Below are positions 1-13,212 of a stretch of 64,000 bases of DNA, one piece after another. The position numbers and the translations under genes were made by a program. Source of the DNA: Felis catus (taxonomy: Eukaryota); the NCBI RefSeq assembly GCF_018350175.1, contig NC_058368.1:75704001-75768000 (forward strand), given 5' to 3'. The stretch's first letter is position 1; each line of letters starts with the position of its first letter. Below the pieces are notes generated by a model. It saw only the letters and a program-made list of their open reading frames with translations. It was not told the origin of the DNA and did not search any database.

Positions 1-129
1 AAACAAAATTAAAAAGAAATCAATTATAATGTCTCTTATCGAGAAATGTGTAGTGTATTGTTATATATAATTTGTCACCGTAAGCGGGTCTGCCCTATCT
101 GAGATGGCTACTAAAGGTTTTCGTATCCA

Positions 130-336
130 GTGGCACCTGGGTCGTTGGTTCAGTCAGTAAAGCCTTGGACACTTGGTTTCAGCTCAGGTCCTGATCTCGT
201 GGTTTGTGGGTTTGAGCCCCCCATCGGGCTCTGCGCTGAGAGTGTGGAGCCTGCTTGGGATGCTCTCTCTCCGTCTCTCTCTCTGTCCCTCCTCTGCTCA
301 CATTCCCTCCCAAAATAAATAAATAAACTTACAAAA
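130..336 (+). mobile_element. Can-SINE (older carnivore SINEC copy)
   Basis: GGCACCTGGGT...CAGTCAGTAAAGC tRNA-derived head, CT-rich tract, AAATAAATAAA tail. Confidence 0.9.
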
Positions 337-553
337 CATGTAAAAATGAAATGTTTTGATGTGCAGGTAGGTTAACAAAGCGACATTCATTCCAGCAGAG
401 CACGTAATCAGCCTGCTTTTCCTGGTATGTATTTTCCAGATACATCTCAAGCCTGTATACACACCATCATCACCTAAGGACCTGTGAAAAACATACATCT
501 CCTTCCCAGTCTTTCAGAATTCTTAGCGGACTCATCTGAGCAACCAACTTTTT

Positions 554-612
554 ATGACCCGAGCCGAAACCAGGAGTCAGACACCCAACCCACTGAGCCA
601 CCCAGGCACCCC
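554..612 (-). mobile_element. Can-SINE fragment (5' ~60 bp only)
   Basis: Reverse complement reads GGGGTGCCTGGGTGGCTCAGTGGGTTGGGTGTCTGACTCCTGGTTTCGGCTCGGGTCAT, then similarity stops. Confidence 0.85.
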
Positions 613-1094
613 ATCGAATTTAATTCTTACAAAATTTCTGAAGGCATTATATCTACTCATATTTACAGGGAAAGAATGAGGGTCAGGGATGTGGAGTAAC
701 GGGCTCAAAATCGTCCACCTAACAGAATGTATTGTGAACAGGGAAGTCTATCTGTAAATAATCCCACATTCATTCCATATATCACACTACATTTCCAGAA
801 GGAAATCAAGTAGGGAGCTACGTCAGACAATCCATAAAAATAAAAGATCCTTGAATGAAGTCTCAAGAGATGCAAAGACGCAATAACCAAGGAATCTCCA
901 GGGTCCCCACTAGGTCTTATTAATCAATTCATTCAGTAGCCAATTCATTCAGCAATCATTTATTGAGTGTCAACTATGCACCAAGCACAACATAAAGAAG
1001 ATTTTACAAATATATCAATGAAAGAACAACAAATGAAAAGAAAAGGTATAAGGCAATGTGTCTTCATGCTAAGTGGGTCTATTAAACAAGCTAT

Positions 1095-1573
1095 TGTTGG
1101 TTGAATTATACACTCCAAAAGATCTACTGAAATCCTAATTCCTTGTACCCATGGATGGGATCTTATTTGGAAACAGTCTTTGAGATTTAATTAAGATGTA
1201 AGCAAAGATAAGGTCATACCGCGGTAGGCGGGGATGGGGAGCATTTATCCAATATGACTGATGCCCAAGAAACACAGATACAGATACACACAGTGACAAA
1301 GGTCATGTGAGATACACAGATGCACAGAGAGAAGACACCAGAAATTTGGAGCTGAGTAGCTGCAAGCCAAGGAATGCCAAAGATTTCGGGCAACACCAAA
1401 GGCTAAGAGAAGGGGATAGAATAGACTGGCCCCCAGAGTTTTCATGAAGAACGTGACCTAATCAGAACCTTGATTGAACTTATGGCTTTCAGAAATATGA
1501 AACAATACATTTCTGTTGTTTAAACCTCTCAGTTTGTGGTACTTTGGTATGGCGGCCCTAGGAAACTAATAAA
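1095..1573 (+). mobile_element. MaLR solo LTR (MLT1B/C/D-like)
   Basis: Starts TGTTGGTTGAATT, contains CTTATTTGGAAA and GCCAAGGAATGCCAA, ends TTTGTGGTACTTTG...GCCCTAGGAAACTAATA. Confidence 0.85.
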
Positions 1574-2570
1574 CAGAGGTTCTCAGTATGTTGATGTCAA
1601 ATCTCTTTACATTCTCAAAAATTATTGAGGATTCCAAAGAACTTTCGTTTTTATCATCTCTATCAATATTTACTATCTACGCAATTTAGTCTCATAACAT
1701 TTTAAAATATTAAATAACTTATTCAAAATAATAATATGCCAAAGCATATTCACATAAATAACATATTTAAAAATAACTATATATTTTTAAAACAAAAGAA
1801 TTCAATTAGAGGGGCATTGTTTCACAGTTTTGCCAATCTCTTTAATGTCTGGCTTAATAGAAGACAGCTGGGTTCTCATACAGGTTCTGCTTTTAATCTG
1901 TTTCAATATGTTCCTCTGGGTGAAGCATATTAAGGAAATATGGCCTCACACAGAAATATAGATGCATCATTGGGAAAAAGGAGTATTTACCTAATAATCA
2001 TTTCAGATATTTGTAGACATTCACTGATGCTATACTCAAACTCAATTCAGAGTAGTGTCTTATATTTGTTGTAATGTGGCATCTGAAAACTTATCAATAA
2101 ATTTTCTGTAGTTTGTTCTATTAAAGGCATTGGCCTATCTTGCCTTTTGAAAAGACCTTTTACATGTGTATGATTTTGTAGGATCATGATCCCTTGAAAA
2201 AGATTCATTCACTCAGTTATGCGGATCCCCCAAGTGTTGACAAATTTTGTTGTGCAACACCCCCGAAAATAATAATAATAACATCTGCCAATGTCAATCA
2301 TCCCAACTAAAAATACTTGAAAGTCTGTGACAGCTTCAAACCCATGGTGGCCAATACAATTTTTCCAAAATTCTAATTTAGATTGGACGCTCAAGTTTGA
2401 CTCTTCGTGGTTGTTCTTGTAGTAACATACTCATCTCACTCAGTTTGAAAACATGTCGGCCACATACTCAAATCAGGTTGGACACAGTTTGTGCTTTCTT
2501 CCAAGTAAAGATGGTGCCCTAAGCTGATAGTTTAGCTTGCAACTCACCACACACTCAGCTTGCACATGTG
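1574..2570. mobile_element. hAT DNA transposon remnant, Charlie1-like
   Basis: CAGAGGTTCTCA terminus, then AAAATTATTGAGGATTCCAAAGA and CTCTTTAATGTCTGGCTTAATAGAAGACAGCTGG, matching the recalled Charlie1 consensus; right boundary approximate. Confidence 0.8.
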
Positions 2571-4971
2571 CTCTTTCTCTCTTTCTTTCTTTTTAATAAG
2601 ATGGTTTTTGTCAGCTAAATATGAGCCAACTGAGAAAGTTTTGCTCAAATATTCTATAGCGAGTTCTACTGAGTGAGTTTCAGATAATCTGACTTTATTT
2701 CTGCCACACTAACTACCTCAGAGGTTAATATGGCTCAAATTTACCAGAGTGGCTACTGGATGACTAATTTATTTATCACAGAAATAAACATGCATAGAAA
2801 TTGACCCATTCCCCTTGAATATTGGGGGCATAATAGAAGCAGAAGATCTCACCTCCATACCATCATGTGTACTTCTGTCACTGCCATGAAGACCGTATCT
2901 CATCTTTTACCTCCTGACCTACAACTTGCTTTATTACATCTCTTCCTCCAAGAATCAGTTCACGTGTTGACTCTTCCTACACATTTCTCTTCTTGTGTTT
3001 TATAAGCACTTCGTTTTCTCATAGCATTTTACTCTCACCTATATACCACCACCATTGTATCACTGCATTATCACTGTGCACTCAAATATGTTTCCCAGTG
3101 GACTGTGAGGGGCTTAAGCTAAAACACATGCTATTTTTTTTCCTTTTGAGGCTTTGCATCCAAACAACAAGGCTTCTATCGAACATCTGAGAAAAAGCAT
3201 CAATAATTAATAAATAATTGAATGATGAGGGATCTAATTAATTCCATTTCCAACAGATGACAGCCATGAATAAAGGCAGGATACTTTTCATCCCATTGTA
3301 GATAGGATTTAGTTCAATTCCCTCATTCTTTGGGTGACTTACATGGATAGCATCAACCCCTTTGGCCAACATAGGCACAGACACGTCAGTGTACTTTCTG
3401 ACAGCAGTTGCTATTACCCTCTGCCCCCCAAAACAGTTTGCCCTTCAGAAGCGATTTATAAATGACTCCAGGTCGGATGAGGATTGACATTATTTTTTTC
3501 TGTTTTAAATCTGTGTTCGAAAAAGAAGAGTGGGGGCCTTTTTAAACGGACCTAGAAAAAAGAGATCTTTGCAACGGGAACAAAATCTAGGTGATTCTCC
3601 CCTTTTCCTCTTGAGACTACATGGTATATTTGAGCCAGCAGAGACAAAGTCGATGGGAGACTGAGTTTTAAGGAGCAGAAAAAGAGTTCTGATGCTGGAC
3701 AAGCACACGCAGCAATACCATTAAGCCCCACGGTCAAGATTTTCACAAGCAGAGAAGCAGGTTAATTTTCCCGATTTACACATTTCCCGAAGAAAAGGAC
3801 AGCATGCAGATATTACAGGACTTTTATGAATTTTCAGGCTTTTATTACTCCAGCTTAAGTCCGCTTTGCTTTTCTGTACTTGACCATCGATGCTGGTCTA
3901 ACTGCTTCAAGTGCAATTCTGCCTGCAAGCAGGTTGAGCGTGACCCATGAACTCTAGGGTTTTTTTTTTCTTTTTCCCCTCCTCTATGATGCAGGAAGCG
4001 TCTTCAAAATCATCGTTTATAATCACAACACTTACAGGCTGTAGTTAATAGATGCGAGACTTCATTTTCTCAATGTGAGAACCACCGTCCGCGCTCGCGT
4101 TTATTCTCGTTACATGCTACCCACCATTCCTGTGCACGGGCACCACATAAATAACGACAATAGATGCATCTCTCTAGATTAAACAAGACAGCTATTGAAT
4201 GTTTAATTAAGAGCAAAGTGATAATAAGGACATATTTCCAGAGATTCAATCAACTTGCAACACATACACAATCTACCAAATAAGCTACCATAAGATAATT
4301 AAAAACTTTAGATAATTAGCTATTGTAATAAGTGCATAGTTAAGCTGATTTAATATTATCTGATTCCCTGGGGATATAGCTCCCTAAAAGATGAGCTGGA
4401 GTAATATTTCACATTAGAGATAGTATCTATTTTTCATTTATAAATGTTGGGTGTATGGAAAAGTAGCCTACTTGTCTAAAGATGCTAAATATTTCATTTA
4501 AAAAAAATCTTTACTAAAATACCGTTGCAGAATTTGAAATGGCACTAAGTTTTGGGTTTAGGGGCAAAGAGTTTAAAAACCATCTGGAGATGCTGAAATA
4601 ACCTGCATTCATTTATGTTATTTAGGTTGTAAAATCATATTCAATCTTGACCCACTCAGGAAATCGAACATAAACGTCCTGCTGATTTTGACAGTCATAC
4701 AGCAAAAACACCCTCTAATGAGCATTTAATAGTCCCCAAAAGTTTTGCATTAAGTACAAAGCCCTTTTGATTACTTATTCCACTAATTTAAAGTAAATGC
4801 TTTTACAGATGGCATCTGTTAGGCCACAGAACGTGTGTTGCATTCATATGTAGTCATTGAAAATAGATTCCAGCTTTAGTAGAAAGATTGTACCACAAAG
4901 ATCAAACATGAAACACTGAGTAAACATTTACCAGTGATACGTTTTCTTTAAATCTCTTCGTAAATACTTAC

Positions 4972-5092
4972 CGGCCAAGAGAGTCCCATGCTTAGGGTCT
5001 GAGCAGTAATTGAACAATACCTTGGCGAATTAACACCTACGCCAAATGATCTCGACAAAGAAATTGAGCTCCTCACCCTGCCTCGCATCTTC
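4972..5092 (-). other. Candidate 121-nt spliced exon (unknown gene or lncRNA)
   Basis: Minus strand: tgcttctccacttAG|GAAGATG...TGGCCG|GTAAGT; one frame is open but the peptide is not recognised. Confidence 0.25.
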
Positions 5093-5848
5093 CTAAGTGG
5101 AGAAGCATATAATATTTCAGGCTCCTTCCAACTGTATTACATTACCTATAGGAAAAATGCCACGAAATGCTTTCAGATGGTAGAGGTGATCAGGAAAATA
5201 ACAATGGCGTATTCCAAAGAAAAACAAAAGAAAACCAAAGAGTGTTTTGCAGGCTGATGAGTATTCTGGTTTTTTTAATTAATACAGTTATTATTATGAT
5301 TATTATTCGTTCCTTCTGATATCAAAAGACATTGTTACAAAGGACTGATGGAAAGAATACACTATGGCATTACGTAACCGAACTTCATCTATACGTAAGA
5401 AAGATTGTACAAGCAGAAAACATGAAATGAACCCAGATTTACTGGTGCCTCAGTAACCCCGTTTTCAGTGCTTTGGGAAGCACACCAGCTGCTGGCCCTC
5501 AGAGAACGATAGGCTGTAGTAGGACCCCAACGGTTCTCCCATGAACTGAAAGTGAGACCAAGTCCCGCATTTGCTAATAGTGTAAGGAGCTTCTGCTAGG
5601 AAAACATAGAAGCCTAACTATTCTGGTGTCACTGGTTTTGAAGTTTGGCACCTCAGGAATATTCAACGATCTTCAGAAGCTGAAAAAGCTATAATACTGG
5701 ATGAATCCCAACACTTCTCTCATATTTAGCGTGACTGTGGAAATTGGGCGATAATAACAAATTTACTTGAAGACTTTCTTTCAGCTCTTTTTATTTGCTT
5801 CCACGCTAAACCATGTAGCTGGAAAGCCATATTGCAATGCAAATGTGT

Positions 5849-6025
5849 CAGTTTGTCGACCTTGGCAATGCTACATGCCTTGTAGAATATTTAGCAGCAT
5901 TCCTGATTTTTATCCATTAAATGACAGTGGTAGTCCCCATTCTCACTTGGGACAATCAAAAACGTCTCCAGACACTGACACATTTCCCCTGGATTGAAAA
6001 TAAAAGCAATACCCGGTTGAAAATA
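5849..6025. mobile_element. MER20 (hAT-Charlie MITE)
   Basis: TTGTAGAATATTTAGCAGCATTCCTG...GACAATCAAAAACGTCTCCAGACACTG...CCCGGTTGA matches recalled MER20. Confidence 0.8.
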
Positions 6026-6936
6026 AATAAAAATAGACACATTTCACTAAAATATTTTTAAAAAATTAACTTGGACTGTGTTATATGTAAGGATCCAAAC
6101 ATATTTGAAACCACCATAATCTGTCGTAATACTTAACACGACCTTATGATTTTCAGCCCATGCTAACATCTTTAGTTTTCACTGTTTTTAGCAAATATTC
6201 ATCCTATTGGAAATAGCTTGGGAGAATTTCTAATTTTTTTTTTCCTCAGTATTTTCCCATAGCAAGAAATGCAGTTTCTTAAAAAATTTTGGAGAGTTTG
6301 AAGATTAGGATGAAACAGGTAGGACTCTTGCCTGACAAATGGCTGAAAAACCGGGATGATTATCTTGGAAGGGAAAACAGCAACAGAGTTTAAATGGAGG
6401 GTGGACATAGCTGCTATAAATATTTAAAGCAATGGCATTATGCAGAATCTGGATGACAGTCATGTAGATCTGTTTGCACTGTAAGCACTTACAATTTGCC
6501 AAGCAATTTTGTTACCACAATCCAAGCAAAGAAATATACAGGACCTTGATTTGTTTTTTAATTATTTTTCTTTATTAAAAATAGGTGATCATATACACAT
6601 ATATGCGAAGATTTAATGAATTCATGTATGCATAAATGCAAAGATCTATACTTCAAATATTTATGCCGAATGCAACAATGCTCTTTTACAATTAGACAGG
6701 CATATTTTTTTTCTTCTGGTATCTAACACAGCTAATTAACAAAATAGGCACTTGGCAATATATTTATTTTTTAATGTGCCTGATACAAGGTTTTACTCTC
6801 TACATTCAATTGTAGTTATTGAGATTTATTTCAGTTTACCTAAAACATGGATTGAAGCTGGGTTCAGTAATGGTTTAGTCCATGGGATCATTATTAAGCT
6901 TAAACTTGGTTTCCTTTTTCAAAACTTACAAGTTAA

Positions 6937-7347
6937 ACACACACACACATATATACGTATATATATACATATATACGTATATATGTGTATATATGTATAT
7001 ATACGTATACATATACATGTATATATATACATGTATATACATATATGTATATGTATACGTATATATACATATATATACATGTATATATATACATGTATAT
7101 ATACGTACATATATACGTACACATATATACGTGTATAATACATATATACGTATATATACGTATATATACGTATATATGTATATATGTATGTATGTGTATA
7201 TATATGTATATAATATATATATTATATAATATATAATACATTATATATATGTATACAATACATATATACACATATATACATATATATGTATGTATGTGTA
7301 TATATATGTATATATATATATACACATACATACATATATATATATAT
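6937..7347. repeat. Compound (TA)n/(TATG)n/(TACA)n microsatellite
   Basis: ~410 bp of nearly uninterrupted alternating purine-pyrimidine sequence. Confidence 0.97.
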
Positions 7348-8671
7348 TTCCCTGAATGGGTCAATATAGTAGCAAGTCATTCCAGTGTTTCTTTATTTTT
7401 CTTTTTTAATAAAGATGAAAATGAATAAAGACTAAAATGAAGACAGAGCCACTAAAAACTAATTCCATTCACAAAAAGTAAAAATCTTTTCAGGATTATT
7501 TGTATACAAACACTGGGTCTTTATCTATTTGTTCTTATCCATTAATATTCTCCAATGTTAAATCTGATACCAAAGCTCTGGTATGTGTCTTGTCCCACAT
7601 ACGACACATTCGCTTATACTGTGGAATCACATTCGTTTTAACACTGTGCTGATCCAAGAAAATAATCTAATTCATGTATCAGCTCTTCCAGGAAACACCA
7701 AGACTCCAGGCAAACTTGCCATTTCCGTTCTCTAGTTTCTATTGGGCTTGAGGTCTCTACCACGACTATTATACCAACCAATTCTACAACATTCTATGGA
7801 GCTTGGCCACCCACCCTCACATGATCAAAAGGAAACAGAGATTCTTTTGAAACTAAAGCATATGCAATGTAAAAAATGTATAGCTAGTATTCAATAAAAA
7901 GTAATTCCATGAATATTTGAGGGGAAAAGTCCAAATATTTATAAACTCTGATAACCAATGACATACGCGATATTCCATAGACAGAAGGGATTTAGAAAAT
8001 TTGTTGGGAGAAACAGGGTTGTGTTTTCTTTCTTTCCTAAGCACAATTCTAGTTTAGACTCCAGAGATAAAATAATAAACCGTGACTGATTAATTTAACC
8101 AACAGTTATGGTTGCACAACTTTTATAAAACTCCTAATTTAACTGATTGACCCCATCTATAAGAATAGACAAAGGAAAACAGATTTAGAAAATGATTATT
8201 ACCCTAGTCACTGTTTTCTTGTTTTTTTTTCTGTTTTTAATCATCTTAATATAAATATATGACCAAGTTTAAAGCTGTGTGTTGGGCAAGACTGACATTT
8301 CTGTTTCTTTATCCTGTAGAAATTTATTATTGATATCTAATCAGTTAGAATAAAACTAAATTTTAATTTATTAATCTTATACTGTAACTTATCCTTTCTC
8401 TTTAAAATGTATTCAAGGTTGATATTATCAAAACCACTAATCAGAGTAAAAGATTAATCTCTAATGTAAAAATTGGGAAGAGAGGATTCATGGTAAGAAG
8501 GAAAGATTAGAGACTGTCATAATAGTTAACATAAACTTAACTCTTACTTTCTTAGATTCTGGGGCTGACAGGAGAAAACCAACGTTGTCTACCAAAAGAA
8601 AGTAAACAAACTCACTAAAGAAACAAGCCTCTGCCTGGCTCTAGGCTCAAGGAGGAAATTGTTGTGAATCA

Positions 8672-8891
8672 TTTCTTTTTTTTTTTAATATTTTTGTTAA
8701 CATGTATTTATTTCTGAGAGACAGAGTGCAAGCAGGGGAGGGACAGAGAGAGGGAGACACAGAATCCAAAGCAGGCTTCAAGCTCTGAGCTGTCAGCACA
8801 GAGCCTGACGCAGGGCTCGAACTGACAAACCACAAGATCATGACCTGAGCCAAAGTCAGATGCTCAACTGACTGAGCCACCCAGGAGCCCC
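8672..8891 (-). mobile_element. Can-SINE (SINEC_Fc2-like)
   Basis: Full-length antisense copy; short TGAATC flanking duplication. Confidence 0.95.
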
Positions 8892-8982
8892 TGAATCTTT
8901 TTTTTTAAATATAAATACAACATAAGTGATGATCGTATCATCAGCACTACTTAAAAATTCTGATGAATCTTACAAACTCCTA

Positions 8983-9464
8983 TGTATTAGTTTCCTACTG
9001 CTGCTATAAAAATCTGCCATAAATTTAGTGGCTTAAAACAACAGAAATTTATGATTTACAATTCTGGAGGTCAGATATCTAAAATGGTTCTCACTGGGAT
9101 TCAACCAAGTATCAGCGGGACTGTATTCCTTTCTGGAAGCAGCAGGAAGGAAACTATCTGCTTTACCCTTTTCAAATCTCTAGAAGCCAGCCACATTCCA
9201 TGGCTCATGGCCCCCTTCCTCCATCTTCACAGCTGCCATATTGGATTGAATTCTTAAACTGCAACACTCTGAGTTGACTGTGCTTCTTCACTCTTTCACC
9301 TATAAGGACCACCTGGATAATCCCCAAATCCAGGTCATCTCTTGAGCTCAAGGTCAGTTTATTAACAATCTTAATTTCCCTTGCCATGTGACATAATGTA
9401 TTCACAAATTCTGGGGACAAACATGGATATCCTTGAGGGTGGGGGCAAGATTCTGCCAGCAACA
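8983..9464 (-). mobile_element. MaLR solo LTR (MLT1D-like)
   Basis: TGTATTAGTTTCCTACTGCTGCTATAA...TTAGTGGCTTAAAACAACAGAAATTTAT...TTCTGGAGGTCAG; ends TTCTGCCAGCAACA. Confidence 0.85.
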
Positions 9465-10591
9465 CTCTGTGTCTTGGTATCAGCCATTTGGGAAAAATCT
9501 AAGTTTTATGATTCTTTGTGTTCATTGGGGAAGGAGAACTGAGTGGAGGGTTTGATGTAGTAAGGCAAGTGTATTATTTTTTCATATGCTTTAAGAAAGA
9601 GTTGAGTATCGTGATGATACTTTGCACATACCTTAGAGTAGCATTTCTCAATCACGGAGTACATACAATAGAATGTCATGAATCTGTGAATCTGTGGAAG
9701 AGAAAAATGTACAGTTATAGTCAGCTAATACTGAGTTACTCCACAATAAGATGCCTATAGGATTTATCACCAAAATATGAACACTTTTGCTAGCTAAAAG
9801 TGGGTGCAATTAGCACATAAAAGTCAGGTTTGTTTATCTCCAGTAAACTAAGAGGTTATTTTCCCCATATTGATAAGGTCCATGCTATCTTATCCATCAG
9901 TAAGGAATAGTTATGGATGGTATAATCTGGCATATGTGAATGTTATCCCAAGGAATATGATACCGTTGTGAAGAAGGGGCAGTTTAGAAAACAGCTTTGA
10001 CCGTCACTCTCAAATACCAGTTGTCCCATGTGATATTTCAATGACACTGAAAAGCAGACAAATCAACACTAGATCACTCCAGTGATCTTAATAGAATTAA
10101 ATATGTAATTGTATTTACTGGATGGCACAGTTGGGAGACTTTTGGTATTTAATTATATAAACATGGTAAATCTGTAAGTAGGGACTAAGGTAGAGTCCAT
10201 ATTGAAAGGGAATGGGTATAATGAGACACATTTTTGAATCCCTATGACACATGTAATATTGGTTACCCTAAGCCTTCTCCTAAATCATTACTGCTCACAT
10301 CCTTTCTTGTATTAGCTCTAATATAATTACACAGACTTGTATCATACAGTGGTACTCCATTATCTGCCCTTTACCTCACCACACTACCAGTTCAGGCCAT
10401 TATTCTACACTCTACCCACATGCTAAACATTCTTTTTCTAAGCTAAGCCCTTATCTCAATGCTTCAGACAATCTGATGCTCAGACACCATCCATGGCCTT
10501 CCATTTACTAGCAATCACATCTCAAATTCTCAGCTTGGCATTAAATACCCAACAAAGCCTCCTCTAACCTTTGTTGAAAGTCATAGATCTT

Positions 10592-10811
10592 GGGGCGCCT
10601 GGGTGGCTCAGTCAGTTAAGCGTCCGACTTCCGCTCAGGTCTTGATCTCACGGTACATGAGTTTGAGGCCCGCGTGCGGCTCTGTGCTGACAGCTCAGAG
10701 CCTGGAGCCTGTTTCGGATTCTGTGTCTCCCTCTCTCTGACCCTTCCCCGTTCATGCTCTGTCTCTCTCTGTCTCAAAAATAAATAAACGTAAAAAAAAA
10801 AAAAGACGAAA
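10592..10811 (+). mobile_element. Can-SINE with 15-bp TSD
   Basis: Perfect TSD GAAAGTCATAGATCT at 10576-10590 and 10812-10826. Confidence 0.97.
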
Positions 10812-10854
10812 GAAAGTCATAGATCTAGATTTTTAAAACTTAAACATAATCAGT

Positions 10855-10970
10855 TATAAATCCTTTATTTCATAGAGAAAGAAAACAAATATCAGAAAGA
10901 TTAAGTAACTTGACCAAAGTCATGCTGCTAGTGACAGGTAAAGATAGGAACAAAGGTTGTCTGACTCCCT
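10855..10970. mobile_element. MIR relic
   Basis: CAGAAAGATTAAGTAACTTGACCAAAGTCA...GTCTGACTCC, MIR core-like. Confidence 0.65.
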
Positions 10971-11834
10971 GTCTGTTCTCTACAAATGCTCCACACTATT
11001 TTATATTAACTCAAATATTGCATTTGTCTTGAGTCTTTGTCTCAAAGTCTTCCAAATATGACTTCTTCATTCTTTATGTTTGCATTATTGGCAGAAGACT
11101 GGGACTTAACACCAAATTATTAAAGATAACAATATTGATTTTTTTACATTTAAGTCTAAAAGTGCACATTCTTTTTCTTTTTATAATTTTTTGTCCCTTC
11201 TAGGTGTTTTAGAATTTTTTACGTTTCTGCTAAAATTTCTATTCATGTTGGCATCCTTTCCAGAAATCAGATTATTTATGTTTATTATATTTGTTTCCTA
11301 CAATAAGCTTATATGCTGTCTTTCTTATGCTGTATCTTTCTTCTTTTTCTCCTTTCCCCTTTTATCTTTATTATTGCCTTTTAAAAACTTGTCTCTTTTT
11401 TTATATTATATCTTATGATATTCTAGAAAGATTTTCTGATGGCTCATGAGAAATCCTGTAGGGTAATAGGATGAGTTGAAAATAAGGCAACCAGAGAAGT
11501 ACAAACATGGATGGGGCAAAGTGATGCCAGAATTAACACCAAGAATGCAAACTACAATGATGTGTGTGTGTGAATATAACTTTACTCTTAGCTTTGTGTC
11601 AAGGAACATGAAGTGAGAAGGCATGTCAGCAGGTGAATTTCATATTCACAAAATTATTTGTACATAAAGAAGATGCTACAGTTGTCCTGGAAAATTATAA
11701 ATGTTCTGGCAAATAAGATTATTGGAACTTTTCCTAAAGAATAAATTATATAGTAAACTCTATTTTTGACAATACACATACGAATGTTTGTTTATTAAAT
11801 ATTGACCATCCAATTTTAACTATTGATCTCACAG

Positions 11835-11955
11835 GAAAAAAGAGAGAGAGAGATAGGAAGGAAGAAAGGAAAGAAGGGAGAAGGCAGGGAAGGAAAGGGG
11901 GAGAGAAGGAAGGAAGGAAGGAAGGAAGGAAGGAAGAAAGGAAGAAGGAAGGGTG
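11835..11955. repeat. (GA)n/(GGAA)n polypurine tract
   Basis: AGAGAGAG then repeated GGAA units. Confidence 0.92.
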
Positions 11956-12089
11956 GATTTAGGGACTTCTAATTTTAGTTCTGAGATATAGAGCAGGAAA
12001 GAGCATCATTCTCAACCGTAAAACATGAAAGAAAGAAAAAAAACATGGACAAACTACAGATATAAGACTTTCATAGAAATCAGAGAACC

Positions 12090-12307
12090 GGGGGGCGCCT
12101 GGGTGGCGCAGTCGGTTAAGCGTCCGACTTCAGCCAGGTCACTATCTCGCGGTCCGTGAGTTCGAGCCCCGCGTCAGGCTCTGGGCTGATGGCTCGGAGC
12201 CTGGAGCCTGTTTCCGATTCTGTGTCTCTCTCTCTCTCTGCCCCTCCCCCGTTCATGCTCTGTCTCTCTCTGTCCCAAAAATAAATAAAAACATTGAAAA
12301 AAAAAAA
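12090..12307 (+). mobile_element. Young felid Can-SINE (SINEC_Fc) with 15-bp TSD
   Basis: GGGTGGCGCAGTCGGTTAAGCGTCCGACTTCAGCCAGG with CpGs intact; perfect TSD AGAAATCAGAGAACC at 12075-12089 and 12308-12322. Confidence 0.98.
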
Positions 12308-13175
12308 AGAAATCAGAGAACCAGACTGCAGAATAAACATCCAATCCCATGTCTGAGGAGAGAGGTGAATGCAGGAAGAAAGCAGGGCCAGAGAATTTGG
12401 TCACTAAGACAGATGCCCTGATGTCATATAAGCTGGTAAGAAGATTCAGCTAGAAATTTTAGACAAATTACTAAAGGCAAGTGTGGGTTGGGATGAGAAT
12501 TAAAATGCCTGAAAGCCATCACATCTGCAAGCTTTTTGTAAGAACCCCAGCAGGTATGCATAGCTGAAGAGAATCCAGAGAAAGCTCCAGCCACCTCTGA
12601 AAACCCACAAAAACCCATCCTCCCTATCTCCCCTATGAAAATAATAATAATAATAATAAGTCCTAACCATCAGAGGAAAAAAAATACAACACTTGTAGCC
12701 TGAGGGTAGATACTGGTTGTGGCTGGAGAAGTGAACAAATAAATGAAAAGCTCTAGCCCCTGGAGATGGGAAGAAATATCTGCTGGGTTCAGCATCCCAT
12801 GCGGAACTTATTAAATGTGGGCTTTTGTTATTCACAGAATGCTGAGTCTAGCAGATATATCTGCCCCTCCCCCAGGGGAGCAGGAACACTTCTGGGGACC
12901 ATACCCTCAAGACCCAGGTTTGCAATACCTGCCTGAGACGGACGATCAGAACAGCAGAAAATGCACACCATGCCTCGCCTTTCATCAGCACACTAAGAAG
13001 CACCGTGTAAATTGGAATAGAATTAGGAATACTGAAAAAGACAAATTCTAGAGAGTAAAACAAAGGGAAGATCCAAAGCTGAGCAGGGAAACTCCAATGG
13101 GGACCACCTTCAAACCTGTCTAACGTATGAATAGATTTACATGTAATGAACACCAAATGCCCAAGACAAAGGAAA

Positions 13176-13206
<31 letters not shown>

Positions 13207-13212
13207 AAATAT

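Noticed and set aside
6752..7364. Overlapping ORFs of 74-143 aa rich in Y/I/H/T
   Set aside because: Translations of the (TA)n compound microsatellite
10592..10670. tRNA-like A/B-box sequence at SINE heads
   Set aside because: tRNA-derived SINE head continuing into SINE body and tail; not a standalone tRNA
12116..12340. ORF ...FIYFWDRERQSMNGGGAERE... and its near-duplicates (e.g. 15486-15710), plus MAQSVKRPTSAQVMIS-type ORFs
   Set aside because: Sense and antisense translations of Can-SINE copies, not a gene family
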